DNA from: a virus
Lineage: Duplodnaviria; Heunggongvirae; Uroviricota; Caudoviricetes
IMG/VR virus record: IMGVR_UViG_3300028886_000029
Location: 206,007 to 270,006 of that record
DNA: 64,000 nucleotides
Direction: 5' to 3' (one strand)
Shown here: piece by piece, positions 10,044 through 19,842 of the stretch
How the letters are laid out: every line of letters begins with the position of its first letter
Position numbering within the stretch: position 1 is the stretch's first letter
Program-made: the position numbers and the translations under genes
The notes under the pieces: model-generated
The model's database searches: none
Told to the model about the DNA's origin: nothing
What the model saw: only the letters and a program-made list of their open reading frames with translations

Positions 10044-11020
10044 TGTTAACTGAAATTTCAAAAAATCTCTTTTATTCTCACCTACTTTATGAATATAAAC
10101 ACGGTGTTAATAACAATGACATATTTTTTGAAACAAGAAGTATAGTACCGTATATTAATGAAATTGTTGAAAGTATTATAAATTCACTGAAAGAAAACAT
10201 TAGAACACTTATTAAAAATAAAGAAGATAATGTGTTGGAATATAATGAAAAAACGATAAATCTAAATAAAAACAGTTTTTTTGAAAGAATTAGCTTAACT
10301 GTTAATTTTCACTATACAACAAAAACGTCTTATAGTGGTGGTATAAAGCCATTATCTTCATTCGTTACCACTAACAATGAGATTGTGTTTAGACCTGTTA
10401 TAAACATTAATTTAAATGGTTCTAATTTTTACGATACAATAGATACGTTATCTTTTGCAATTGGTCATGAATTAACACATGGGTACGACTATTATCAATA
10501 TTTTTTGAAACACGGATTTCCACAAGACAAAACAAATATTGAAAAAAGTGGTTTATCAAGATATAATAAAGGTATGCAAAGTACAAATAGTTTAGAAAGA
10601 GCAATATCAAGTATAAATTATAGACTTTCACAAAGAGAACTAAATGCTTACATTGGACAATTGGCTATTGAGATTAAAAAATATGCTAATGAAATTAGCA
10701 ACAGTAAAGAAGCATTAAATGTTTTATATAAAACAGAATCATTTAAAACAACTTATAATTATCTTGAAAATGAAATTAATACTATTGTTTATGGTAATTT
10801 AAATGATAACACCAAAAAAGATATTATTGAACTAACCAACAAAATATGTAACAAAAACTTTACTAGTTATAATCAAGTTATAAAATATTATTTCAATAGA
10901 TGGTATAAATGGTCGGAAAAATATATGACTAAGGCATCAAAAATCATATATAACATATTTGAAGAGTATGCTGAACCAATTATTTATGATAATTTCGGAA
11001 AAAAAGAAACACTGAAATAA
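10043..11020 (+). CDS. Putative zincin metallopeptidase (HExxH)
   Basis: AIGHELTHGYD plus downstream ELNAY third-ligand-like motif. Start set at the TAATG overlap (10043). Confidence 0.6.
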   Translation: MLTEISKNLFYSHLLYEYKHGVNNNDIFFETRSIVPYINEIVESIINSLKENIRTLIKNKEDNVLEYNEKTINLNKNSFFERISLTVNFHYTTKTSYSGGIKPLSSFVTTNNEIVFRPVININLNGSNFYDTIDTLSFAIGHELTHGYDYYQYFLKHGFPQDKTNIEKSGLSRYNKGMQSTNSLERAISSINYRLSQRELNAYIGQLAIEIKKYANEISNSKEALNVLYKTESFKTTYNYLENEINTIVYGNLNDNTKKDIIELTNKICNKNFTSYNQVIKYYFNRWYKWSEKYMTKASKIIYNIFEEYAEPIIYDNFGKKETLK

Positions 11021-11036
11021 TCAGTGTTTCTTTTTT
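11000..11036. terminator. Bidirectional intrinsic terminator between convergent genes
   Basis: AAAAAAGAAACACTGA-AATAA-TCAGTGTTTCTTTTTT. Confidence 0.85.
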
Positions 11037-11037
11037 G

Positions 11038-11802
11038 TTAATATCCCTTAGTTTTGACATTTGAGTACAATATAATTTTTCCATCAATATTTGCATGAAC
11101 TGTTGCAAGCCTTCCTCTATCATGCCAGTTATCAAATTTTTGGAATAGTTTTTTCAAGTATTCCAATCTTTTATCTTCCTTATCAGGTAATATTATGTGT
11201 AAGCCACCACTTGGTGTTTCGTATTCATCCAACGGTTCAAGACCAACCATTTTAAGCATATAATGCACCTCGTCCCAAATGGTTCCACCACCCCTTGTTC
11301 TTGTTGTTTTAGGGACATCTATATCAAGGAATAGTCTTTTCCTCATACCTTTCCAATTTTCACCTTCTTTCGCTTGTCCAGGAATAATTTGGTCAGCATA
11401 TTTATACCTTGCATCATTAGGTGAAAACCTTGATTTATAGATTTTTATAAAACTATCAGTGTCTTTTTCTGACCTTGTGTTGATTGTCATATATGCTCTT
11501 GCATTGTTCTTTTCACAAATATTAATAATCTCAGATTTTAATTGTTGTAATTCTTGGACAGTATGTATTCTATAACCCTTAAGATACCAAGCACCTCCAT
11601 GATAATTACCAACACTTTTGTTATCATTTGGGTTATCTTTATATCTTTTTATTATTTGCACAAAATAGAAATCATCAGGTGAATTAAACTCCATTAATTT
11701 TTGTGCCTTATCGAAATTGTCTATAAGCTGTTGTCCTTCAGAAAGTATTCTATTAATACATTCCGAAACCATATATTTTATATCTTCTTCAGTAATTAAC
11801 AT
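11038..11802 (-). CDS. Leader-bearing protein with AEP/primase-polymerase-like motifs
   Basis: Start MLITEEDIKYMVSECINRILSEG; RLFLDIDV (DxD) and ETPSGGLHII resemble AEP motifs I and II. Confidence 0.5.
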   Translation of the reverse strand: MLITEEDIKYMVSECINRILSEGQQLIDNFDKAQKLMEFNSPDDFYFVQIIKRYKDNPNDNKSVGNYHGGAWYLKGYRIHTVQELQQLKSEIINICEKNNARAYMTINTRSEKDTDSFIKIYKSRFSPNDARYKYADQIIPGQAKEGENWKGMRKRLFLDIDVPKTTRTRGGGTIWDEVHYMLKMVGLEPLDEYETPSGGLHIILPDKEDKRLEYLKKLFQKFDNWHDRGRLATVHANIDGKIILYSNVKTKGY

Positions 11803-11806
11803 AGTA

Positions 11807-12868
11807 TTAAACATTTTCCGGTAAATCATCTAAATAACAAACAGGGCATTCATCATCATCTAAAACAATAAAAACCCCATTATCGTGTTTCATTATGTAA
11901 TATTTTTCACCATTATATACAACTTTTGCGGTATCATCCTCATCAAAATCCTCACCAAAATCAAACCATACATCTGATATTAACTTATTTGTTGCTACTT
12001 CAAAATAGTTAACTTTGTTGTTTTTATAAACACGAACAAAACCATTAATACTTCTATCAGCAACATCGGAAAAGAGTTTTTTACCATTATCATCAACCCT
12101 GTTTCTAATCATTGCGTCAACATCTGTGTTATGACCTGCCCTCCAAATTAAATTTTCAGTAATACCTACAGTCCAAGTTTTACCGTTATCCGCTGAATAA
12201 CTATATGGTATAACATCAGAGAAATTTCTTACGAAACAACAGTTACCATCATGACCACCTGAGTAAATAATCCCTCTGATTTTAGTTTTGTCAATATCTT
12301 TACCCAAGATACCTGTTATTCTTACCGCAGGTACTGAAGTTTTAATATCATAACTTGTTTTATTATTGTTCATACAATGGTTAAGCCCTGGTACACCATG
12401 TAAAACTTTTTCAGCCAAATTTTTTGGCATTAACATTTTGATTTGATTAACAATAGGCCAATTTTCACCATAATATTTTTTAGCAATATCAATATTGAAA
12501 ATAAGGAAATCTTTATATCCGCCTAAAACATATGATTGAACAATATATCGTCCATAACCTGTTGCCCTATCATTTGATGACCTTAATGAATAAACATTAT
12601 AAACACCAGGTCCATACATGTTTCCACCATTGTCACCCGTATATTCTCTACTAAAACCGTTTTGCATTAAAGATTGTATAACAGAGAGAGGATTAGAATC
12701 CCTTGAATCTTGTGGCCTATGATAAACAGGTTCACCTTGTTTAATATCATCAATAGTCAAATCACCTTTAACATTGGTACCAAAATCTTCATTTGCTTCC
12801 TCAATACCTTCTGTTAAAACTTTTTCAACTATTCTTTCACAATCTTCTAATGTTAAAAATTTCTCCAT
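11807..12868 (-). CDS. PARP/ART-like domain protein with C-terminal WG-type repeat
   Basis: VYHR...QNGFS...GGNMYGPGVY resembles the PARP-like H...GxMYGxGxY signature; C-terminal NGFVRVYKNNKVNYF...LISDVWFD resembles WG repeats. Confidence 0.5.
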   Translation of the reverse strand: MEKFLTLEDCERIVEKVLTEGIEEANEDFGTNVKGDLTIDDIKQGEPVYHRPQDSRDSNPLSVIQSLMQNGFSREYTGDNGGNMYGPGVYNVYSLRSSNDRATGYGRYIVQSYVLGGYKDFLIFNIDIAKKYYGENWPIVNQIKMLMPKNLAEKVLHGVPGLNHCMNNNKTSYDIKTSVPAVRITGILGKDIDKTKIRGIIYSGGHDGNCCFVRNFSDVIPYSYSADNGKTWTVGITENLIWRAGHNTDVDAMIRNRVDDNGKKLFSDVADRSINGFVRVYKNNKVNYFEVATNKLISDVWFDFGEDFDEDDTAKVVYNGEKYYIMKHDNGVFIVLDDDECPVCYLDDLPENV

Positions 12869-12872
12869 ATCT

Positions 12873-14426
12873 TTAATATATAATTGGATTGTTTATTCTG
12901 TTTAACATTTCATTAAAATTATTCTTAATCCGCTCAATCTCTTGATTTGGTTGTTGCTCCGTTTGTTTATCAGCAACAATTCTAATACCTAATTTTTTTA
13001 ACGCTGATTTAAACTTGTTAAGGAAATTACTGCCACCAATACCCTCATTCATTGCAATTGCCCTACCAATTTGCTCAGTTGCACCTTTAATAATATTACC
13101 TAATGTGGCTGCTTCATTTTGGGTATACTCAATTGAGTGTGTAAAATTATTTTGATTAAACGGTAAACCATTCATTAAAAGGGTGAGTTGTACACCGTCT
13201 TGTATATATTTATTAATGTTTTCAGGTTTTAAAACATTAATAGCATTTGTACCTTTTTTGTTTTCCTGAGCCTTATTATTAATTAAAAATCTATAATATT
13301 CACTCAATAAATGTATAAGTTTATCTTCAGGTGTGGCATCACTTTGTGCTATACTATCAACATTTAAACCACCATTAGAACATAATTTACTTACAACATC
13401 ATTGGCAACCGTGTACTGTTTGGTTACTTTATCTTGAAGTCCCGTGTCAATGTTACCTGACTCCATTCTTTTCTTGTTTTCAAGTTCTTGTGCCAAAGAA
13501 TTAAGTTTATAAACAACATTACTTGAAATATTAGGTTTTGATTGTAATGGATTGTCTTCTTTGGGATTATATTGATAAGTGTCCGCTATATCATAACCGT
13601 AATAAGGGAAGAAAGAAACCTTTTTACCTTTATTAGCCTCTTTCTGTGCCTCAATCATAATCGCATTTTTAACTGTTACACCTAAATCACCCATATTGTC
13701 CAACTCATGACCTAATTTGTTTTTAGCATCATCAAGTTCCTGTTGTGTTACATTGTTTTTAACAACGGGTGCCCACATTGGATATTTTTTAGCACCCCTC
13801 TTAATACCAAAACCCCAGTTGTTCCATGTTGATTCAGAGACCACAAAAGTGGCATCAGGATTTATTGCCCTAATTCTTAAAACATTGGCTAAACTTAGTG
13901 CGTGACCATAAATTGTGTTGCTATAAATTTTAGAATATAAGGCAAGTGCTTCCCTGATTGTGGGGTCATTAATGTTGTTTAAATATTTCTGCCATAGGTC
14001 TGCGACTGAAACCTCAGCGTCCGACATGGCCTTAAATTTATCTTTAAGACTATCACTTGCTTCTAATTTATGGGCAACAACATCTTCAAGCCTTAAAATG
14101 GCATCATTATTATATGTTCCTGTTGAAACTAGTGCTGAAATAACTGATTTTAAACCAGTATCAATAAAATCATTTAACTTATCTTTTTCAACTAACAAAA
14201 CAACAGCGATATTGTTTTTAGAAGTGAAATACCAACCCTTTTTAATATTCTTGTCAGGCAGACCTTTTCTTCCGAGTGTACTATCACCGGGTGTAGTTAT
14301 TCTATTTAATATTTCTTCCGCATCTTGTTTTGTTTTTATTCCCCAAAAAGTAATTTTCTTGGAAACACCATCTTTACTATCAGCAATCTGTGGTTCAACA
14401 TCCAAATATTTATTAAAATTTCCCAT
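12873..14426 (-). CDS. Protein containing an ArdC-N-like ssDNA-binding domain
   Basis: LSLANVLRIRAINPDATFVVSESTWNNWGFGIKRGAKKYPMWAP...YDIADT fits the S..N..LI..Q.P.AT.V....W...G..VKKG.K.....P...FDI.QT pattern. Confidence 0.6.
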   Translation of the reverse strand: MGNFNKYLDVEPQIADSKDGVSKKITFWGIKTKQDAEEILNRITTPGDSTLGRKGLPDKNIKKGWYFTSKNNIAVVLLVEKDKLNDFIDTGLKSVISALVSTGTYNNDAILRLEDVVAHKLEASDSLKDKFKAMSDAEVSVADLWQKYLNNINDPTIREALALYSKIYSNTIYGHALSLANVLRIRAINPDATFVVSESTWNNWGFGIKRGAKKYPMWAPVVKNNVTQQELDDAKNKLGHELDNMGDLGVTVKNAIMIEAQKEANKGKKVSFFPYYGYDIADTYQYNPKEDNPLQSKPNISSNVVYKLNSLAQELENKKRMESGNIDTGLQDKVTKQYTVANDVVSKLCSNGGLNVDSIAQSDATPEDKLIHLLSEYYRFLINNKAQENKKGTNAINVLKPENINKYIQDGVQLTLLMNGLPFNQNNFTHSIEYTQNEAATLGNIIKGATEQIGRAIAMNEGIGGSNFLNKFKSALKKLGIRIVADKQTEQQPNQEIERIKNNFNEMLNRINNPIIY

Positions 14427-14503
14427 ATGTTTTCTAATTTGTTTATTATAAATATTTGTTATTTTAAAAAAAAATTTATATTTTTGTTAAAAATCAAAAT
14501 ATT

Positions 14504-14767
14504 ATGTTAGAAAAGTACGACTTGAAACCAATTAATGAGACAATTGAGGAATATGGCTTAATGCCTGATGAAAGTGATTGTAATCCTGATGAAGAAATTA
14601 AGTACAGTGAAGTTTATAGGAAAGGTAACTTAGTTCTTTATGAGTTTGATAATGACATCATGGACACAATCGTTTCAGAGGAAATTGTTAAAGAACTTTT
14701 TCCTGAGTATGAGATTAAACAAGGTAAAGGTTATCTTATAGAGGAAAACGGTAAATTTTACGCCTAA
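14504..14767 (+). CDS. Small acidic hypothetical protein
   Basis: 87 aa ORF with its own TTTG-N20-TATTTTTG promoter. Confidence 0.7.
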   Translation: MLEKYDLKPINETIEEYGLMPDESDCNPDEEIKYSEVYRKGNLVLYEFDNDIMDTIVSEEIVKELFPEYEIKQGKGYLIEENGKFYA

Positions 14768-14866
14768 AAAAAAGAATTATCCCTTTTAGTGTTGTAAAAA
14801 TTCTGAACTTTTTTCATATTTCAAAGTATTTATAAAGAAAATAATGATTGTAAATAGGATTGAAAT

Positions 14867-15367
14867 ATGAAAAATACAGTTAGGCTTAATGAAGCACAAC
14901 TCAAACAAGTTATTGTTGAATCAGTAAAGAATGTTCTATCAGAACTTGATTGGAAAACATATGCAAATGCTGCAAATAAAACTGGAACAAAATGGAGTGA
15001 AACGGAAGATGCCATTTGGAGATTAGATGACGAAATTGGTAAGGCACAAGAAGATGGTGATATGGAAAAAGTAAAATCATTGAAAGCAGAACAAGAAAGA
15101 TTAGAAAATGTTTTGGCCAAACACATGAGAAGGTATAGTGATTTTAATGATGCTGCTGACAAAGCATTCACCCAAAAACACCATTTAGATTATTATGGGA
15201 CTAAACCTGATAATTTTCAAAGGTTACCTGGTAATGCACAAATGGAGAAATTCAATTTTAACGTTGGAAATTATGATTATGACAGTGAAAATGGTTGGCA
15301 TCTAAAAGAATCAGTTAATAAAACCGTAAAATCCGTATTAAGGGAATATCTCAACAAAAATAAGTAA
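14867..15367 (+). CDS. Leader-bearing hypothetical (probable internal head) protein
   Basis: MKNTVRLNEAQLKQVIVESVKNVLSE leader; second copy LKESVNKTVKSVLREY at the C-terminus; late motif at 14827. Confidence 0.7.
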   Translation: MKNTVRLNEAQLKQVIVESVKNVLSELDWKTYANAANKTGTKWSETEDAIWRLDDEIGKAQEDGDMEKVKSLKAEQERLENVLAKHMRRYSDFNDAADKAFTQKHHLDYYGTKPDNFQRLPGNAQMEKFNFNVGNYDYDSENGWHLKESVNKTVKSVLREYLNKNK

Positions 15368-15376
15368 TTGTGTAGT

Positions 15377-15486
15377 ATGGGTAAGAAGGTAAAAGGTTTA
15401 CGGAATCTGAGTTTAGGGACTTTGTGATGGAAGTAACTAAATAGGTGCTTTAAGAATATCTAATGGTTCTTGGTCACAAGAAATGA
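15377..15486 (+). pseudogene. Decayed remnant of a leader-bearing gene
   Basis: ATG 15377 MGKKV, then after a one-base frame change RFTESEFRDFVMEVTK*VL*EYL, which matches the leader consensus with two in-frame stops. Confidence 0.65.
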
Positions 15487-15539
15487 TATTGTGAATAATG
15501 TGATAATTAAAAAGGTTGGAACAATGGTATTAACGAATT

Positions 15540-15567
15540 AAGCCTCAGGATTTCTCCTGAGGCTTTT
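15540..15567 (+). terminator. Intrinsic terminator
   Basis: AAGCCTCAGGA-TTTC-TCCTGAGGCTT followed by T-tract. Confidence 0.85.
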
Positions 15568-15646
15568 CTTATAACTTATCCACAACATTCAAAGGGATAA
15601 TTCCACTAAAAAAATACAATATAACCAATCCATTTTCAAGTTTTTT

Positions 15647-15678
15647 TTTGTTAATGTTATTTCTTTTTTATATTTTTG
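15647..15678 (+). promoter_or_regulatory. Bacteroidota-type promoter of the DNA polymerase
   Basis: TTTG-N20-TATTTTTG. Confidence 0.75.
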
Positions 15679-15725
15679 AAAAAAAATAATGATGCTTGTT
15701 TATCAGGCTTTAATTAATTATTAAT

Positions 15726-18700
15726 ATGGAACAAAATTTTAAAAGAACTGAAATTACTGATGAGGTCATTGAAACCTTCTTGAATGGACATGACCCACAA
15801 GAAAGAATTGTCAACATCGAATATTCAAGTAAAGATGATTTTGTCAAGGTATTCTATCGTAACGAAGAAGATAAAAAATGCATGTCGATGCAACCATTTT
15901 ATCCTTTTGTGTGGGCAAGACTTGAAACATGTTTATCATTATGTGATGGAAACCGTAAACAACTGAAACTTCTTATGAACCAATATGGCATTGAGGTTAA
16001 ATCTCTTAATATTGTTGGTAAAGACGGTAATGAAATACCTGAGATGAAAAACGGATACAGGTATCTTTTCAGGGCAACAAGACCGATGACATATCACACA
16101 TTTCAGGATTTTTTCAAAAAATGTGGTTTTCCGATTTATAGCGACAATGACAAGACGCAACCTAAAGTAGAAAAACCATTCTTAACAGTTACCCCACAAG
16201 AACAATATCTTATTGCCACCGGTAAGAGGTTCTTTAAAGGATATGATGACTATAACCAAATACTCAAAATCACTTTTGACTTGGAGACTGAGGGTCTTGA
16301 CCCAACCAAACATAGAATTAAACTTATTGGTGTAAAAGTTAACAGACCATTTACATATCATGGTAAAAAATATGAGAACTTTGAGAGGATATATAGACTT
16401 GAAGGCGAAACTGAAAAAGAAAAAAACGCCTCTGAGTTGAAAATAATAGACACATTTCTTAGAATTATATACTCATTTAAACCTGATGTTATAACAGCGC
16501 ATAATGGTGAAAATTTCGACTGGTCTTTTATAATCGAAAGATGTAACCAACTTGGCACATCAATAGATGATATGTCAAAACCTTACTTTAATGGTAAAAC
16601 CATATATAAAAACCCAAAAGAAACCATTCTTAAACTTGGTGGTGAGGTTGAGACTTTCCATCAAACAATTGTTCCTGGTACTATTATAACAGATTCATTA
16701 CATGCGGTTAGAAGGGCACAGGCAACAGACTCAAATTTTAAAGAGGCTAATCTTAAATATTCAGCAAAGTACCTTGAGGTTGTTAAACCAAATCGTGTTT
16801 ATGTACCAGGTGATATAATTGACAAAACACTCATTGATGACACACCAACATATGCCTTCAATAATACTGATGGCAAGTGGTATAAAATAACTGATGATAA
16901 ACCACTTCAAGAAGGCTATGAAATTGTCACAGGTAAATATATTGTCGAAAGATATTTGTTTGATGACCTTCAGGAATGTAATGATGTGGAATTAACACTT
17001 AACCAAAGTGCTTTCAGTATTTGCAAACTACTTCCTCTATCATTTCAGAAATGTTGTACTATGGGTACAGCTGGTCAGTGGAAATCACTGATGATGGCAT
17101 GGTCTTATGAAAATGGCCTTGCTATTCCTTTCGCTGAAAATACCGGAAAATTCACGGGGGGCCTTTCAAGACTCTTGAAAGTGGGGTTTAGTGGTAAACA
17201 AGGTTTGGTAAAACTTGATTATAACAGCCTGTACCCGTCAATTATACTTACTTGGGCAATTGAGGATGAAAAAGATATTTCAGGTGTTACATTAAAATTT
17301 CTTAATTATATGCTTACTTCTCGTGAAGCATATAAAAAAGAAAAGAAAAATAGTGACATAATTGTTAGTAAATATGAAACTAAAATGAACAATGGTGAAA
17401 AACTAACACCTGAAGAAAACAATGAATATCATAAAGCACTTGCTGATTTTGCTAAATATGATAAACTACAGAGTGTTCGTAAAGTATTCTGTAACAGTTA
17501 CTTTGGCTCACTTTCAAGTAACAATGCGTCAGTTTATCCGTGGAAAAGTTTAAAATGTGGTGAAAGAACTACTTGTACGGGTAGACAAGCGTTAAGATTA
17601 ATGATTGGACATTTCAGTAATATTTCAACATTTAATGGTGGTAATTATAGTAAAGATTATAATTATGAACCCATCGTTGGTGATACCGATGGGTTCAATT
17701 TTGAATTACCTCTAAAATTTAGGTACACTGAAGATAATCCTTACATAAGTCCTGGTTTATCAAGAGAAACAAAGAAAGGTAAAAAATATGTCGGTTTTGA
17801 AGCTGACTTGGCTGAATTTAACGATATTTTTATGAAAGATTTCCACTACGCACCAAATGCATGTAACAAGATGGGATGTGGTTTGGACGAGAGAATTTCC
17901 AGTTCTCTGAACCTTAGTAGGAAAAATTATTGTGATTATTTTCCAGAGAAGCCATATCCAAAAGATATAAAGTATGTGGGAAACTCAATTAAAAGTAAAA
18001 AAATGAGTATTTTTATTGAAAAATTTATTAATGATGGTGTAAGGTTACTTGTTCAAAATAAAGGTAAAGAATTTCTTGACGCGTATTATGTTTATATTGA
18101 GAAAATCTATAATTATCAAATACCTTTGAAAGACATCGCAAGTAAAGGTAAAGTTAAAAAGTCAATACCTGATTATATTGCCGATTGTAACACATTAACC
18201 AAAGCTGGTAGTAAAAAATCAAGACAAGCATGGATGGAATTGGCGATTAAGAATAATCTGAAAGTTGATTTGGGTGAGACATTGTATTATATAAATACGG
18301 GAACAAAGAAAACCCATTCGGATGTCAAAAGGGTTACCCATTACAACATCATCAATGAAAATAATGAGATTAAAGACATAAAAAATCAGTTAGACAAAGA
18401 ATGGAAAAAAGCGGAAGACGGTAAGAATGGTGAAAAGAAAAAACTTAAATTTGATGAGTGGGTTAAAAAACATTATCCACAAGTAAAAGTGGAAGATGAA
18501 ATAATACTCTGCGCCGAATTACTTCCAAGAGAGATTGTTGAGTCAGAAAAAGATTATTTTTGTGAGGAAGGTAAAGAATATAATGTTGAAAAATACATTG
18601 AGCAATTCAACAAAAGAATTACACCATTATTGGTTTGTTTTGATAAGTCAATTAGGGACAAGATTCTTGTGACAAAACCGTCTGACAGACAATATTTCAC

Positions 18701-19163
18701 TGAGCAAGAAGCGACTCTTTGTTCTGGACAACCAACCAAGGAAGGTGACCAAGATACATATGAGGCACTTATGACGATGGAAGACAAGGAAATCAGATTT
18801 TGGATGGCACATCCTGAGTGGGAAATACCTTATCTTAAGGAATGTGGTATGGATTGGGAAAAAATAAAATCTGACTACATTGAAAGAACGGAAAAAGAAA
18901 GACAGTTGGGTATTGATAAAATCAGACAAGCGTTTAATGAAGCGGTACTGAATATCACACCTGAAGAGTATGATAAAATTGAGGAAGGTAAATTGCCACC
19001 TGCGATAGACAAAATCGCTGTCATTGACCCCCTCACCTTCAATTTTATGTCAAAAGATTATCCTGATGTGATTCTTGGTACAATATATGATGTGATGGAA
19101 GGAAAAGATTTCAGACATGATTCCCAAGTTACTAATATTGAGTTTTCCACTGAAAACGAATAA
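15726..19163 (+). CDS. Family B DNA polymerase with 3'-5' exonuclease
   Basis: ExoI FDLETEG, ExoII HNGENFD, ExoIII YLFDD; polymerase motifs DYNSLYPS, KVFCNSYFG, VGDTDG. Confidence 0.96.
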   Translation: MEQNFKRTEITDEVIETFLNGHDPQERIVNIEYSSKDDFVKVFYRNEEDKKCMSMQPFYPFVWARLETCLSLCDGNRKQLKLLMNQYGIEVKSLNIVGKDGNEIPEMKNGYRYLFRATRPMTYHTFQDFFKKCGFPIYSDNDKTQPKVEKPFLTVTPQEQYLIATGKRFFKGYDDYNQILKITFDLETEGLDPTKHRIKLIGVKVNRPFTYHGKKYENFERIYRLEGETEKEKNASELKIIDTFLRIIYSFKPDVITAHNGENFDWSFIIERCNQLGTSIDDMSKPYFNGKTIYKNPKETILKLGGEVETFHQTIVPGTIITDSLHAVRRAQATDSNFKEANLKYSAKYLEVVKPNRVYVPGDIIDKTLIDDTPTYAFNNTDGKWYKITDDKPLQEGYEIVTGKYIVERYLFDDLQECNDVELTLNQSAFSICKLLPLSFQKCCTMGTAGQWKSLMMAWSYENGLAIPFAENTGKFTGGLSRLLKVGFSGKQGLVKLDYNSLYPSIILTWAIEDEKDISGVTLKFLNYMLTSREAYKKEKKNSDIIVSKYETKMNNGEKLTPEENNEYHKALADFAKYDKLQSVRKVFCNSYFGSLSSNNASVYPWKSLKCGERTTCTGRQALRLMIGHFSNISTFNGGNYSKDYNYEPIVGDTDGFNFELPLKFRYTEDNPYISPGLSRETKKGKKYVGFEADLAEFNDIFMKDFHYAPNACNKMGCGLDERISSSLNLSRKNYCDYFPEKPYPKDIKYVGNSIKSKKMSIFIEKFINDGVRLLVQNKGKEFLDAYYVYIEKIYNYQIPLKDIASKGKVKKSIPDYIADCNTLTKAGSKKSRQAWMELAIKNNLKVDLGETLYYINTGTKKTHSDVKRVTHYNIINENNEIKDIKNQLDKEWKKAEDGKNGEKKKLKFDEWVKKHYPQVKVEDEIILCAELLPREIVESEKDYFCEEGKEYNVEKYIEQFNKRITPLLVCFDKSIRDKILVTKPSDRQYFTEQEATLCSGQPTKEGDQDTYEALMTMEDKEIRFWMAHPEWEIPYLKECGMDWEKIKSDYIERTEKERQLGIDKIRQAFNEAVLNITPEEYDKIEEGKLPPAIDKIAVIDPLTFNFMSKDYPDVILGTIYDVMEGKDFRHDSQVTNIEFSTENE

Positions 19164-19196
19164 CAAAAATTAAGGGATATTTTCATAAATTACAAT

Positions 19197-19230
19197 AAAA
19201 AAGAAGTAGGATTTCCTACTTCTTTTTTTT
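19197..19230. terminator. Bidirectional terminator
   Basis: AAAAAAGAAGTAGGA-TT-TCCTACTTCTTTTTT between convergent genes. Confidence 0.8.
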
Positions 19231-19842
19231 GTCTCTTATATTTCCGTCAAATTCAAGTTGTGCGGTAAATATATTTCCCTTATTATCCACTAATTTAATT
19301 TTTCCTTCCGAAAGTCCGATTTGTCTTAATGTAGCGTTTTCATTTAACGGTTGTTTCGCCAATTCTTCTCTTATACATTCGGAGATAATATATTTAAGAT
19401 AATTGTAATCAATACCTGTGTTGTTGGTTGGCTGATATGACCGTTGTTCGGTAATCACCTGTTTTTGTTTTGTCAAATCAGTGAATGAGGGTGTTGTTTG
19501 GGGTGTTTGTGTGGTATAATTAGTAACCATTTCTTTAAGCGGGTCTGACGCTGTTATGGGATGGTTAATCAAACTTTGCTTAATTGCGTCAGGTAGTTTA
19601 CTATTTGCCACCCTTTCAGGATTAAAACTCTCATACATTTGTGTTTGAGGCACAGGAGACTCACTGGACAAAGAGAAGTTGTCCCATTCATCTGAATATG
19701 TGTTAGGGTCAACATCAACCATGTTAACACCACTTCTTTTGTTTTTTTCCATTGTTTTCATAACACCCTGTGCGTTTTCATTACAAAGTGTTTGACTGTT
19801 ATATTTGACAATACTTGCTAATTTTTCCGGTGAAAGTGCCAT
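19216..19842 (-). CDS. Hypothetical protein of a late operon, with an internal leader-like helix
   Basis: 208 aa; YNYLKYIISECIREEL...PLNE segment. Confidence 0.7.
   Translation of the reverse strand: MALSPEKLASIVKYNSQTLCNENAQGVMKTMEKNKRSGVNMVDVDPNTYSDEWDNFSLSSESPVPQTQMYESFNPERVANSKLPDAIKQSLINHPITASDPLKEMVTNYTTQTPQTTPSFTDLTKQKQVITEQRSYQPTNNTGIDYNYLKYIISECIREELAKQPLNENATLRQIGLSEGKIKLVDNKGNIFTAQLEFDGNIRDKKKK

Noticed and set aside
15726-19163. Inteins or introns in polymerase, terminase, helicase or capsid genes
   Set aside because: ORFs are continuous with motifs in order and no intein terminal or LAGLIDADG signatures; insertions are short.
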